From: Solirubrobacterales bacterium
GTDB lineage: Bacteria > Actinomycetota > Thermoleophilia > Solirubrobacterales > 70-9
Length of the DNA: 58,127 nt
Assembly: GCA_049790835.1 (NCBI GenBank)
Contig: JBAQZI010000147.1
Location: 1 to 58,127, forward strand
Direction of reading: 5' to 3'
This document shows positions 50,210 through 58,127 of the stretch, piece by piece. A program made the position numbers and the translations under genes. The notes under the pieces were generated by a model. That model ran no database searches and had not been told where the DNA came from. It saw only the letters and a list, made by a program, of their open reading frames with translations. How positions within the stretch are numbered: the stretch's first letter is position 1; every line of letters begins with the position of its first letter.

Positions 50210-50897
50210 CGATCCCCTCGTACATCTCCCGTACCACGGCGAAGACTTCGGTCGCGACCTCGAGCTGGCGCTCGCGGTTCGGCGCCGGCTCGACCGCGAA
50301 GGTCAGCGGCCTGCCGAACTCGACGGTGACCTTGGGGAACTGCAGTCGCTTCCAGCCGCGCACCCGGGCCGAGCCGTGGATCGCCACCGGCACGATCGAA
50401 GCCCCCGACTCCAGCGCGATCCGCCCGATCCCAGGTTTCGGTTCCCCCAGCTCCTGCGAGCGCGAGCGGCCGCCCTCGGCGTAGACCAACAGCATTTCCC
50501 CTTGGGCGAGCAGCTGATAGGCGGTCTCGAAGGCCTCCTCGTCGTGCTGACCACGGCGCACCGGGAAGACGCCGCCGTGCTTGTAGATGTAGGTGAGGAC
50601 GGGCGGGCCGAACATCTGCGATTTGGCCATGAAGCGAATCTTCCGCCGCAGGTAGACGCCGGCGAAGAAGTGATCCATCTGGCTGAAGTGGTTCGGGGCG
50701 AGGACCAGAGCCCCCTGGCGCGGCACGTTCTCGAGCCCGATCGCCCGGACCCGGTAGATCAGCAGCGTCGGCAGGGTGAGGACGATGCGGGCGAAGGCGT
50801 AGGTCCAGCCCACCCCCTTGCGGGCGGCCGTGTGGAACCGCGTGAAGTACTCCGCCGGGCGCGGATCCTTATAGGTCTGCGGCTTCATCTCTGCCAT
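50154..50897 (-). CDS. plsC: 1-acyl-sn-glycerol-3-phosphate acyltransferase (lysophospholipid acyltransferase)
   Basis: NHFSQMD (H-x4-D) and the YAEGGRS motif. Confidence 0.8.
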   Translation of the reverse strand: MAEMKPQTYKDPRPAEYFTRFHTAARKGVGWTYAFARIVLTLPTLLIYRVRAIGLENVPRQGALVLAPNHFSQMDHFFAGVYLRRKIRFMAKSQMFGPPVLTYIYKHGGVFPVRRGQHDEEAFETAYQLLAQGEMLLVYAEGGRSRSQELGEPKPGIGRIALESGASIVPVAIHGSARVRGWKRLQFPKVTVEFGRPLTFAVEPAPNRERQLEVATEVFAVVREMYEGIATRSEQRGGRRTRDRAPA

Positions 50898-50906
50898 GCA
50901 GAGACG

Positions 50907-52421
50907 CTACGCCGCAGGCCGTGCCCAGTTACGCGAGCGCTCCAGGGCGCGGCGCCAGTCGGCCAGCAGGCCCTCGCGCTCATCGGCGCCCATCCGTGGC
51001 TCATACCGCGTCGCCTCGCGCCACATCTCCCCCACCTGCTCGCGGGTCCAGCAGCCGGTCGCGATCCCGGCCAGGTAGGCGGCGCCCAGCGCGGTCGTCT
51101 CGGCGATCTCCGGCACCACCACGACGGCGTCGAGCACGTCGGCCTGGAATTGCATCAGCCAGCGGTTGGCGACGGCGGCGCCGTCGGCCTTCAGGACGTC
51201 CAGCCGCGCCCCGGCCGCGGCCTCCTGGGCGCGCACCGCGTCGACGGTCTCATACGCGATCGCCTCCAGCGCCGCCCGGGCCAGGTGGGCGCGGCCGCTG
51301 CCGCGGGTGAGGCCGAGGATCGTGCCGCGCGCGTAGGGATCCCAGTGCGGGGAGCCGAGACCAGTCAGCGCGGGGACGAAGTAGACGCCGTCGTTGGAAT
51401 CCAGCGAGGCGGCCAGCGCCTCCGTCTCCCCCGCCTCGTCGACGATCCCGAGCCCGTCGCGCAACCACTGCACGGCGGCGCCGGTGACGAAGATCGACGC
51501 CTCGAGCGCGTAGGTCACCTCCGCGGCCGACGGGCCGGAATGTCGAGCCTGAAGCGACATATCGGCCCGTCGGCCGGTGGTTGGGAGGCCCCAGGCGACG
51601 GTGGCTAGGAGGCCGTCGGGGGGGCGCGGGGCCTGGGCGCCGGTGTTGAGGAGGACGAAGCTGCCGGTGCCGTAGGTGTTCTTGGCCATGCCGGGGCTGT
51701 GACAGGCCTGGCCGAAGAGGGCGGCCTGCTGGTCGCCGGCGATTCCCGCCACCGGCACCTCGCCGCCGAACTCGCTCGTCGTCCCGTAGACATGCGCCGA
51801 GGGCAGCGGCTCCGGCAGCCGCGCCGGGTCGACTCCGAGCAGCTCGCACAGCTCCGGGTCCCACTCGAGCCGGCGGATGTCGAACAGCATCGTCCGCGAG
51901 GCGTTGGAGTAGTCGGTGACGTGACGGCCGGTCAGCTTGAAGAGCAGCCAGGCGTCGATCGTGCCGAAGACCGCCCGCTCCGCGCCCTCGGCGTTGCCCA
52001 GCAGCCACTCGATCTTGGTCGCCGAGAAGTAGGGGTCGATGGTGAGGCCGGTCCGCTCGCGCACCAGCGCCTCCTGCCCGGCCGCCCGCAGCTCGTCGCA
52101 GCGCTCGGCGGTGCGACGGTCCTGCCAGACCAGGGCGCGGTGGACCGGCTCGCCCGTCGCCCGGTCCCAGGCGACCACGGTCTCGCGCTGGTTGGTGATC
52201 CCGATCCCGTCGAGCTCGCCGCCCTCGATGCCGGCGGCGGCGATCGCCGCGGCCGCGACCCGCCGCGTCACCTCCCAGATTTCGGCGGCGTCGTGCTCGA
52301 CCCAGCCCGGCCGCGGGAAATGCTGCTCGAACTCGGCGTAGGCGCGACCGGCGACCCGCGCCTCGCCATCGAAGACGAGGCAGGTGGTGCCGGTGGTCCC
52401 CTGGTCGATCGCGAGGATCAC
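50907..52421 (-). CDS. glpK: glycerol kinase (carries a 17-aa in-frame insertion)
   Basis: ILAIDQGTTGT, GITNQRET, IAGDQQAALFGQ and MAKNTYGTG. Collinear with E. coli GlpK except for GRRADMSLQARHSGPSA between AWGLPTT and AEVTYALE. Confidence 0.95.
   Translation of the reverse strand: MILAIDQGTTGTTCLVFDGEARVAGRAYAEFEQHFPRPGWVEHDAAEIWEVTRRVAAAAIAAAGIEGGELDGIGITNQRETVVAWDRATGEPVHRALVWQDRRTAERCDELRAAGQEALVRERTGLTIDPYFSATKIEWLLGNAEGAERAVFGTIDAWLLFKLTGRHVTDYSNASRTMLFDIRRLEWDPELCELLGVDPARLPEPLPSAHVYGTTSEFGGEVPVAGIAGDQQAALFGQACHSPGMAKNTYGTGSFVLLNTGAQAPRPPDGLLATVAWGLPTTGRRADMSLQARHSGPSAAEVTYALEASIFVTGAAVQWLRDGLGIVDEAGETEALAASLDSNDGVYFVPALTGLGSPHWDPYARGTILGLTRGSGRAHLARAALEAIAYETVDAVRAQEAAAGARLDVLKADGAAVANRWLMQFQADVLDAVVVVPEIAETTALGAAYLAGIATGCWTREQVGEMWREATRYEPRMGADEREGLLADWRRALERSRNWARPAA
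51525..51575. repeat. 51-nt nested palindromic repeat, copy 3, in frame inside glpK
   Basis: GGCCGACGGGCCG GAATGTCGAGCCTGAAGCGACATAT CGGCCCGTCGGCC. It has perfect 13-nt outer arms and inner 6-nt arms ATGTCG/CGACAT. It starts on a codon boundary and spans exactly 17 codons. Confidence 0.9.
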
Positions 52422-52447
52422 GCGGGCGTCAACTCTCTGTTGCCCGC

Positions 52448-53239
52448 TCAGCCGCCCCGGACCCTGCAGCTGCGGGTCAGGGTCGAGGAGAGGGTGCGGC
52501 CGTCGGCGAAGGTCATCGAGGCGTTGGCGAAGGGGAAGGTGGCGCCGGGGAAGCCCGCGGGGGCGTCGCAGGCGGCGCTGAGGTAACTGCGACGCTGGCC
52601 CCTGTAGGTGAAATTGCGGTGCAGGCTGAGGCTGATGCGCCTCAGGTAGCCCCAGCGGTTGGCCGAGGCCGGCAGGGCGCCGGAGAGGATCGTCCCGTAG
52701 GTGCCGCGGCTTTCCTGGACGTGGAAGACGACGATGCGGGTGATCGGGATCGGATTCTCGCCATAGACGTGGGCGAGGATGGCGCGCTTGCCGCCGACCA
52801 CCGCGTTGAAGGCGAGCACGCGGCCATGCGAGGGAAAGGCCGACTGTTCGGGGAAGGCGACGTCGGCGTCGTAGCTGCCGCCGCCGACCAGAGCCTGGCC
52901 GCAGCGGGCGAGGGCTTCCTCGGTCGAAGACGGTTCGATCTGGCGCCGACCGCAGGTAGGCAGCCCGCGCGCGTCGAGCCGCCCGCCCTGGTTGATCGCA
53001 ATCTCGATCCGGCGCAGCGCCGGCGGCCGCTCTCCCGACAGAGTCCGGACCGTGCCGGCAACCTGAACCGTGATCGGCGCCCGCACATCCCGCGGCAGGG
53101 CGTCAGGGGTGATGCCGCCGCTGAACTTGACGAAGAGGTCGCCGCGCGCGATCAGCTCGGCCTGGGCGAGCGAAGCGGCCAAGGCGAAGACCAGGGCCAC
53201 GATGACCAGCACCCCGATCTTTCCGCTTCCTCCCGTCAT
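52448..53239 (-). CDS. secreted 4-Cys beta-rich protein, paralogue A (uncharacterised family)
   Basis: Signal peptide ending AQA. About 40% identical over its full length to the product of 55758..56537, with shared GLPTC, AAPAGFPGA.FPFA.AS and a C-terminal R.C.V. Confidence 0.65.
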   Translation of the reverse strand: MTGGSGKIGVLVIVALVFALAASLAQAELIARGDLFVKFSGGITPDALPRDVRAPITVQVAGTVRTLSGERPPALRRIEIAINQGGRLDARGLPTCGRRQIEPSSTEEALARCGQALVGGGSYDADVAFPEQSAFPSHGRVLAFNAVVGGKRAILAHVYGENPIPITRIVVFHVQESRGTYGTILSGALPASANRWGYLRRISLSLHRNFTYRGQRRSYLSAACDAPAGFPGATFPFANASMTFADGRTLSSTLTRSCRVRGG

Positions 53240-53276
53240 CCCCGGCTGAGGCTAGCGGAGGCCGCATGGCTCGCCG

Positions 53277-53966
53277 CTAGGAGGTCGCTTCGGCCACTCG
53301 GCGGGCCTCCTCGATACCGACGTACGGCATCAGGACGAGCTGAACCAGCTGCGGCCCGATCTCAACCAGCTGATCCACCTGACCGGAAAGCAGGCGCGTG
53401 CCGATCGTCGACGTCGTGGCGCCGATCAGCGCCCGCTCGGTCAGCTCCGGGAGCGCGGCTGCCCGCGGGCACTGTTCCCGTCCGTTCCGCAGCAGGCCGA
53501 CGAAATAGTCGTTGGAGGCGAGCACCCGCAACGCCAGCATCGGGTCCGCGGCGACCGCGTCCACGACCAGCAGCTGCGCCTCCTCCGGCCCCCGCACCGC
53601 GAAGTGGATGGCCGCGCCGATCCCGGCCGCGAGCTTCGCAGTCCACTCCGACTCCCCGGCGCAGGCGTGGAGCAACTCGCCGGCAAGGCGGTCGAATGCC
53701 GCCTCGTGGGCAACAAGCACGCAGTCGCGTTTGTTCTCGAAGTGTTGGTAGAAGGTGGCCCGGGAGATTCCGGCCTCGCCCAGCACATGCGCGACCGTCA
53801 TCTGGGCGTAGCCGTGCCTGGCGAGCGCTCCTGCCGCTCCCGCCAGCAGCCGCTGACGCTGGTGGGCGGCCACGACCTTCTGCGACAGCTTGTGGGGCCC
53901 GCGGGGAAGCCGCCAGTCGCCTTCGCGCTCGGAGGGGCCTTCGGCGGACAACGACCCCGGGCTCAC
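53277..53966 (-). CDS. TetR-family transcriptional regulator
   Basis: RLLAGAAGALARHGYAQMTVAHVLGEAGISRATFYQHFENK. Confidence 0.8.
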   Translation of the reverse strand: MSPGSLSAEGPSEREGDWRLPRGPHKLSQKVVAAHQRQRLLAGAAGALARHGYAQMTVAHVLGEAGISRATFYQHFENKRDCVLVAHEAAFDRLAGELLHACAGESEWTAKLAAGIGAAIHFAVRGPEEAQLLVVDAVAADPMLALRVLASNDYFVGLLRNGREQCPRAAALPELTERALIGATTSTIGTRLLSGQVDQLVEIGPQLVQLVLMPYVGIEEARRVAEATS

Positions 53967-54123
53967 GCCGCTCCTCCCCGCTGCCGGAGAGTGGGCGGGC
54001 CGGGCGCCGGAGATGGGACGTCCCCGGCGCCCTGCATTCGCCGTTTGGCCATGGCGTCGTCCCAGGGAATAAGACGACAGCCAGCTTTTTCGCGTCCCTT
54101 GCCCATGGCGCTTTGGTCCCTCT

Positions 54124-54158
54124 TGTAAACGGCAGTACAGAATGTAAGCGCTGGTACA
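54124..54158. promoter_or_regulatory. two tandem operator-like boxes TGTA-N8-TACA
   Basis: TGTAAACGGCAGTACA (54124-54139) and TGTAAGCGCTGGTACA (54143-54158), in a lower-GC stretch between two divergent TetR-type genes. Confidence 0.45.
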
Positions 54159-54268
54159 CCATTTGTCAAGCAGGGCTCCCGTTGGAATTTCTCACCGGCG
54201 ATGGGTAAAGTCTTCCGTCCTGGCAATGTGGATCGGCCGCGGGCGGGGGCGCCTGAAAGGCTGGAGAG

Positions 54269-54910
54269 ATGGAGCGAGCCGAAAGGCCCGTGATCGCAAG
54301 CAGTGAACGGGATCACCTGTTCCACGTAGTGCTGCTCGAGCTGGGACGAGGCGGGTCTGGTGCCCTCTCAATTGCCGATGTCCTCCCCGCTGCCGGCATC
54401 TCGCAGGCGGCGTTCGAGGCAGAATTCGAAGACCTCGACAGCTGCCTGTTCGCGGCCTTCGACCAGCTGACCGAGAAGCTGGCCAAAGCGGCGGGAACCG
54501 GCTGCGACATCGACGGCGAGTGGCGAGAACGGGTCCAGGCCGGCCTGGAGGCACTGCTGGAAGAGCTCGCGGCGCAGCCGGACATGGCCCGGGCGCTGAC
54601 CTGCTCCTTCCCGGCGATCGGACCCGCTGCGCAGCTGCGATACACGGAGCTCCTGGAATCCTTCACGCCGCTGCTGCGCGGGGGCCGGGCACTGTCCGCC
54701 GTGAAAAGCGAGCCGCCGGGGGAACTCGAGATGCTCGCGATCGGCGCCGCCGAGGCGATCGTCCGCGAGGAGATTCAGGCGGGCCGGGCGGCTCAGCTGC
54801 CCGCGATGTCGGCGACGATCCTCTTCGCGCTGCTAGCCCCGTTCCTGGGGGTCGAGCACGTCCTGGCCACGGTCACGGGTGAGACCGGGCCCCGCGGGGG
54901 CGGATCCTAG
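54269..54910 (+). CDS. TetR-like regulator (divergent, degenerate HTH)
   Basis: LLELGRGGSGALSIADVLPAAGISQAAFEAEFEDLDSC resembles a TetR N-terminal domain, followed by a helical C-terminus. RBS GGAGAG. Confidence 0.55.
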   Translation: MERAERPVIASSERDHLFHVVLLELGRGGSGALSIADVLPAAGISQAAFEAEFEDLDSCLFAAFDQLTEKLAKAAGTGCDIDGEWRERVQAGLEALLEELAAQPDMARALTCSFPAIGPAAQLRYTELLESFTPLLRGGRALSAVKSEPPGELEMLAIGAAEAIVREEIQAGRAAQLPAMSATILFALLAPFLGVEHVLATVTGETGPRGGGS

Positions 54911-55039
54911 ACCGGCCCGCACCACCCGCGCAAAGGCAGCCCTCGGGAGCAAAGCAAGCCGCCGCTGCCTGCGAGTCCCCGGTCCGCAGAGCGGCGGTGC
55001 AGCGTTCGATTGCCCCCTCGGGCTCCTCGCCGGCCATCC

Positions 55040-55717
55040 TCAGCGATAAAGCTCCACATAGAAGGGGGCGTCGACCGGAGCCAACGCCGCTTCGGGGGTT
55101 GCTTTGAGGGTCCAGGTCGAGACCTGGACCGCCGGGTAGGGGCAGCTGGCGGTGCCGCCGACCGCGAGTTGGGCGATCGCGGGTTCGCTGGTGCCATGGA
55201 CGCTGACCTGACCCCCGCGTGGGACGAAGGCGGGCACGCTGAGGCAGTAGACGCCTTTGACCGGGTGGGCGACGTTGGGGCTGTTGAGGCCCTTGGAGTT
55301 TCCTGCATCGACGCCGCCGCCGAGGTTGACCCGGGCGAAGACCACGGGGTTGGCCGAGTTGGCCGACGGCACCTCCGAGAGGGTCGACTCGTTGACTTTG
55401 TCGCCGGTCACGGCGTCGCCCGCGAGCTTCGCGGTGCCCACCGAGCCGTCGGCGAGGCTGGCGGCGCCGACCGCGCCGACGCCGAGCTTGGCGGCGGTCA
55501 CCGCGGCGTCCCTCAGCTTCGAGGTGTCGACCGCTCTGTTCTTGATTTTGGCCGTGGTCACGGCGCTGGCCTTGATCTGGGTGGTGCCGATCTTCTTGGT
55601 CTGATGCTTGTTGGTCTGCTTCTTTGCCGCATAGGCGCTGGCGCCTCCCAGCAACAGGAAGACCGCCAGGCTCGACATCACGTTGGCGTAGGTGAGGTGG
55701 GTGCGGATCTGCTTCAT
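55040..55717 (-). CDS. secreted protein with six decapeptide repeats (AVT-x-AKL-type) and a C-terminal beta domain
   Basis: Internal start MKQIRTHLTYANVMSSLAVFLLLGGASAYA after GAGGAG. Repeats are AVTTAKIKNR, AVDTSKLRDA, AVTAAKLGVG, AVGAASLADG, SVGTAKLAGD and AVTGDKVNES. Confidence 0.65.
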   Translation of the reverse strand: MKQIRTHLTYANVMSSLAVFLLLGGASAYAAKKQTNKHQTKKIGTTQIKASAVTTAKIKNRAVDTSKLRDAAVTAAKLGVGAVGAASLADGSVGTAKLAGDAVTGDKVNESTLSEVPSANSANPVVFARVNLGGGVDAGNSKGLNSPNVAHPVKGVYCLSVPAFVPRGGQVSVHGTSEPAIAQLAVGGTASCPYPAVQVSTWTLKATPEAALAPVDAPFYVELYR

Positions 55718-55757
55718 CGGAATCTCCTCGGGGTTGAGAGGTGGATCGGGAGCGCCA

Positions 55758-56537
55758 TCAGTCGGCCACCTTGCAGTGGCGGTTGATCTTGGTCGTGACG
55801 ACGTCGCCGGTGCTGAACTCATATGAGGCTTTGGCGAAGGGGAAGAGGGCTCCGGGGAACCCGGCCGGCGCCGCGCAGGAGGCCGAGACGAAGGAGCGCT
55901 GCTTGCCGCGGTAGGTGTAGGTGCGGCCGAGGGTCATGTCGAACTGGGTCAGGTAGGCCCAGCCTTCGGCGTAGTCGGGCAGCGTGGTTTCGATCACGTT
56001 GCCGTAGAGGCCCTTGCTGCGGTTGACCGTGAAGGTGAGGACGATCGCCCCGGGCGGGTTCTTGGAGTAGATCTGGGCCAAGATCAGCTTCTTGCCGTCC
56101 TTGCGGGGGCCGTTGAAGGCGAGCAGGTTGTTGCGCGAGATGTAGTCGCTTTGGGAGGGCAGCCGCACGACCAGGGTGACGTGGCCCGAGCCGACGATCG
56201 AGCTCGCGCAGCGCTTCTTGGCCACCGCTTCGGTCGCCGGCTGGATCGAGGCGACCCGGCAGGTCGGCAGGCCCTTGTCATAGAGACGGCCGGAGCGGTT
56301 GATCGCGACCGCGATCGTGCGCAGCTGCGGCAGCCGCAGGCCGTTGCTCGTTTTGACGTTGCCGGCGACGCGGACTGAGACCGGCACCGGCTTGGCCCGG
56401 GGCAGCTCGCTGGGGCTGATCTCGCCCTGGAAGGAGACGATCAGGTCCCCCTTGCGGTTGAGCTCGGCCTGGGCCAGGGCGGCGAGGGCCCCCAGCCCCA
56501 GCGCCGCCAGCAGGCAGAGCTTCAGGACCCGGCCCAT
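55758..56537 (-). CDS. secreted 4-Cys beta-rich protein, paralogue B
   Basis: Internal start MGRVLKLCLLAALGLGALAALAQA. Paralogous to 52448..53239. TGATG overlap with the upstream gene. Confidence 0.65.
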   Translation of the reverse strand: MGRVLKLCLLAALGLGALAALAQAELNRKGDLIVSFQGEISPSELPRAKPVPVSVRVAGNVKTSNGLRLPQLRTIAVAINRSGRLYDKGLPTCRVASIQPATEAVAKKRCASSIVGSGHVTLVVRLPSQSDYISRNNLLAFNGPRKDGKKLILAQIYSKNPPGAIVLTFTVNRSKGLYGNVIETTLPDYAEGWAYLTQFDMTLGRTYTYRGKQRSFVSASCAAPAGFPGALFPFAKASYEFSTGDVVTTKINRHCKVAD

Positions 56538-57031
56538 CAGCTGAACTTCGAGGGGTCGATCCGGCAGTGCTTGAAGTCGAGCGCCAAGATCGCGTTGTTG
56601 GCGAGGTTGGAGTTGCGGTTCAGCTTCACCGAGAGGTTCTGGGCCTTGTACTTGTCCCCGGCGGCGAGGGCGGCGCCGATCTTGTGGAAGTAGCGCTGCT
56701 CGCTGCCCAGCAGCCCGATCCAGCGGGTCAGCTTGGCCGCGTCGGCGGCCGGCAGCGGCACCGCCTCGATCTGCCTGATCGTCTTGGCGAGCGCGGTGGC
56801 GGCGCGGAAGAAGTGCTTGGAGCCCTTCTTCAGCTCGCCCGCCTTGACCTCCGCCTTGGCGCCCTTGAAGATCCGCGAGTTGGCCTCGACGTTGGTCTTG
56901 CAGATCGGCTCGACCCGGGCGATGTATTCCTCGCGGGTGGTTTCCGCGGCGCCGGCGAGGGGTGCGGCGAGCGCCAGGCAAAGGGCCAGCGCCCCGATCG
57001 TTCCCAGCCATCTCGATTTGTCCCATCTCAT
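56537..57031 (-). CDS. secreted helical protein with 2 Cys (uncharacterised)
   Basis: Signal peptide ALALCLALAAPLAGAAE. GGGAGG RBS. Lies 37 nt downstream of the MMPL gene. Confidence 0.6.
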   Translation of the reverse strand: MRWDKSRWLGTIGALALCLALAAPLAGAAETTREEYIARVEPICKTNVEANSRIFKGAKAEVKAGELKKGSKHFFRAATALAKTIRQIEAVPLPAADAAKLTRWIGLLGSEQRYFHKIGAALAAGDKYKAQNLSVKLNRNSNLANNAILALDFKHCRIDPSKFS

Positions 57032-57068
57032 GCGAACCTCCCTGTTTGTCCTTGGTTGTGAAACACGG

Positions 57069-58127
57069 CTACGCGGGGTGAAGAGCGACTTTCGGCAGCG
57101 CCCTGGCCAGCGGCTTGGGCAGCCACCAGACGCGCTCGCCGATCAAGAGCATCAGCGCCGGCAAGAGCAGGATCCGCACCACCGTGGCGTCGAGGGCGAC
57201 CGCGACGGCGAGGCCGACGCCGAGCTGGGAGACGGTGGATATAGGCGCCGCCGCGAAGACGACGAAGACGGCCATCATGATCGCCGCGGCACCGGTGATC
57301 ACCCGCGCGGTCTTCTCGAGCCCGAAGGAGATCGCCGCCTCGTGGTCGCCGGTCTCGTCGTAGGCCTCGCGCATCCGCGCGAGGAGGAAGACGGCGTAGT
57401 CGACCGAGAGCCCGAAGACGATCCCGAAGATCCCCGCGGCGCCGATCGCATCGACGTAGTCGTGGCCCCCGAGCGGCCAGCCGGCGGGGACGTTGAAGAG
57501 GAGGACGAGGACGCCGAAGGCGACGCCGACCGTCATCAGGTTGAGGAGGACGGCCAGAGCGGCGAGGATCACCGCCCGCAGCAAGAAGACGAGGGCGAGG
57601 AAGGTGACCACGGTCATCGCCGCGATCACCAGCGGCACCCTGCTCCTCGTCACCTGGTTGTAGTCGGTCAGTTCGGCGGCGCCGCCGGCGAGGCCGACCC
57701 GCAGCCCGGTCTTGGCCCCGAAGCGCTCGGCGAGGTGGCCGAGGCGGTGGTAGACGGCTTCGGAGCCCTCGGTGTTGAAGGTGTAGCGGGGGACGACGAG
57801 GATGCTGGCGGCCTGGCCGCCGCGGTCGAGGTCGATCGCCTGGGCGGCGCGGGCGCGCGGGCCCGGCTCGGCGCCGTCGAGAGCCGAGAGGACGAAGTAG
57901 CCGGAGTCAAAGAGGTGCGGGGAGGCGGCCTCGAGCTGGGTGCGCTGGCGGGCCAGGCCCGAGGCCTGGGCGGAGATCTTGACCCCGGCCGCGCCCAGCC
58001 GCGACTGCAGGGGCTCAGAGCGGGCATAGCCCTCCGACAGGCCCGAGGCCAGCGCTTGGCTGCCGCCCTGCAGGCGGGTCAGCCCGGCGGCGAGGGCGGC
58101 CGAGCCGCCGGCCAGGCGCCCCAGCCC
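57069..58127 (-). CDS. MMPL-family transporter, C-terminal part (5' end outside the window)
   Basis: The frame is open to the window edge by my own translation (...AELTDYNQVTRSRVPLVIAAM...). The C-terminal TM bundle has GLSVDYAVFLLARMRE, typical of MMPL. Confidence 0.8.
   Translation of the reverse strand, partial: GLGRLAGGSAALAAGLTRLQGGSQALASGLSEGYARSEPLQSRLGAAGVKISAQASGLARQRTQLEAASPHLFDSGYFVLSALDGAEPGPRARAAQAIDLDRGGQAASILVVPRYTFNTEGSEAVYHRLGHLAERFGAKTGLRVGLAGGAAELTDYNQVTRSRVPLVIAAMTVVTFLALVFLLRAVILAALAVLLNLMTVGVAFGVLVLLFNVPAGWPLGGHDYVDAIGAAGIFGIVFGLSVDYAVFLLARMREAYDETGDHEAAISFGLEKTARVITGAAAIMMAVFVVFAAAPISTVSQLGVGLAVAVALDATVVRILLLPALMLLIGERVWWLPKPLARALPKVALHPA

Noticed and set aside
1-58127. 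tRNA, rRNA, tmRNA, transposase/IS, integrase, toxin-antitoxin or known phage-defence gene sets.
   Set aside because: No intergenic segment shows a tRNA-like T-arm (GGTTCGAATCC-type) or cloverleaf. No ORF has DDE/tyrosine/serine recombinase, nuclease-helicase or TA-like signatures that I could recognise by eye.

Overview
This is a very GC-rich (roughly 70%), gene-dense chromosomal segment of actinobacterial type (Thermoleophilia/Rubrobacteria-like style). It uses many GTG/TTG starts and many ATGA/GTGA/TGATG stop-start overlaps. I see no rRNA, tRNA, CRISPR array, transposase, integrase or prophage. Most genes are housekeeping or accessory metabolism:
- an AlkA-like glycosylase (partial)
- a GNAT / alpha-oxoamine synthase divergent pair
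- an mIHF-like nucleoid protein
- a six-gene overlapping operon: YrbEA-YrbEB-Mkl, then an MMPL/RND transporter, a thioredoxin-fold protein and a B3/4-domain protein
- a PQQ sugar dehydrogenase, an aldehyde dehydrogenase and MetH
- a fused GT4 / flippase-like membrane protein next to an alkaline-phosphatase-like membrane protein
- a heme/Fe-S maintenance cluster (ChdC/HemQ, FprA, BolA, monothiol Grx, ErpA/IscA)
- DegV and a DUF4235-like / holin-X / DUF3618 trio
- a nitrilase-TetR operon and an adenylate cyclase-STAND-TPR protein
- a Liu-like acyl-CoA catabolic operon (MerR, family III CoA-transferase, OsmC, BKACE, carboxyltransferase, crotonase, two divergent ACADs)
- several small redox/detox enzymes, PlsC and GlpK
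- an MMPL-linked cassette of uncharacterised secreted proteins with two TetR-like regulators

The most unusual signal is at DNA level. A family of 51-nt nested palindromes (GGCCGAYGGGCCG-N25-CGGCCCRTCGGCC) occurs at least four times. One copy sits exactly in frame (17 codons) inside the conserved glpK coding sequence. One sits in frame at the N-terminus of the MerR gene. One overlaps the start of the AlkA-like gene. One diverged copy acts as an intergenic bidirectional hairpin.

Other palindromic elements are also present:
- a 60-nt element in frame in the MMPL linker
- a 358-bp MITE-like element with about 48-bp terminal inverted repeats upstream of metH
- a 120-nt nested palindrome downstream of the GNAT gene

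All functional calls come from reading the translations. No database search was run.
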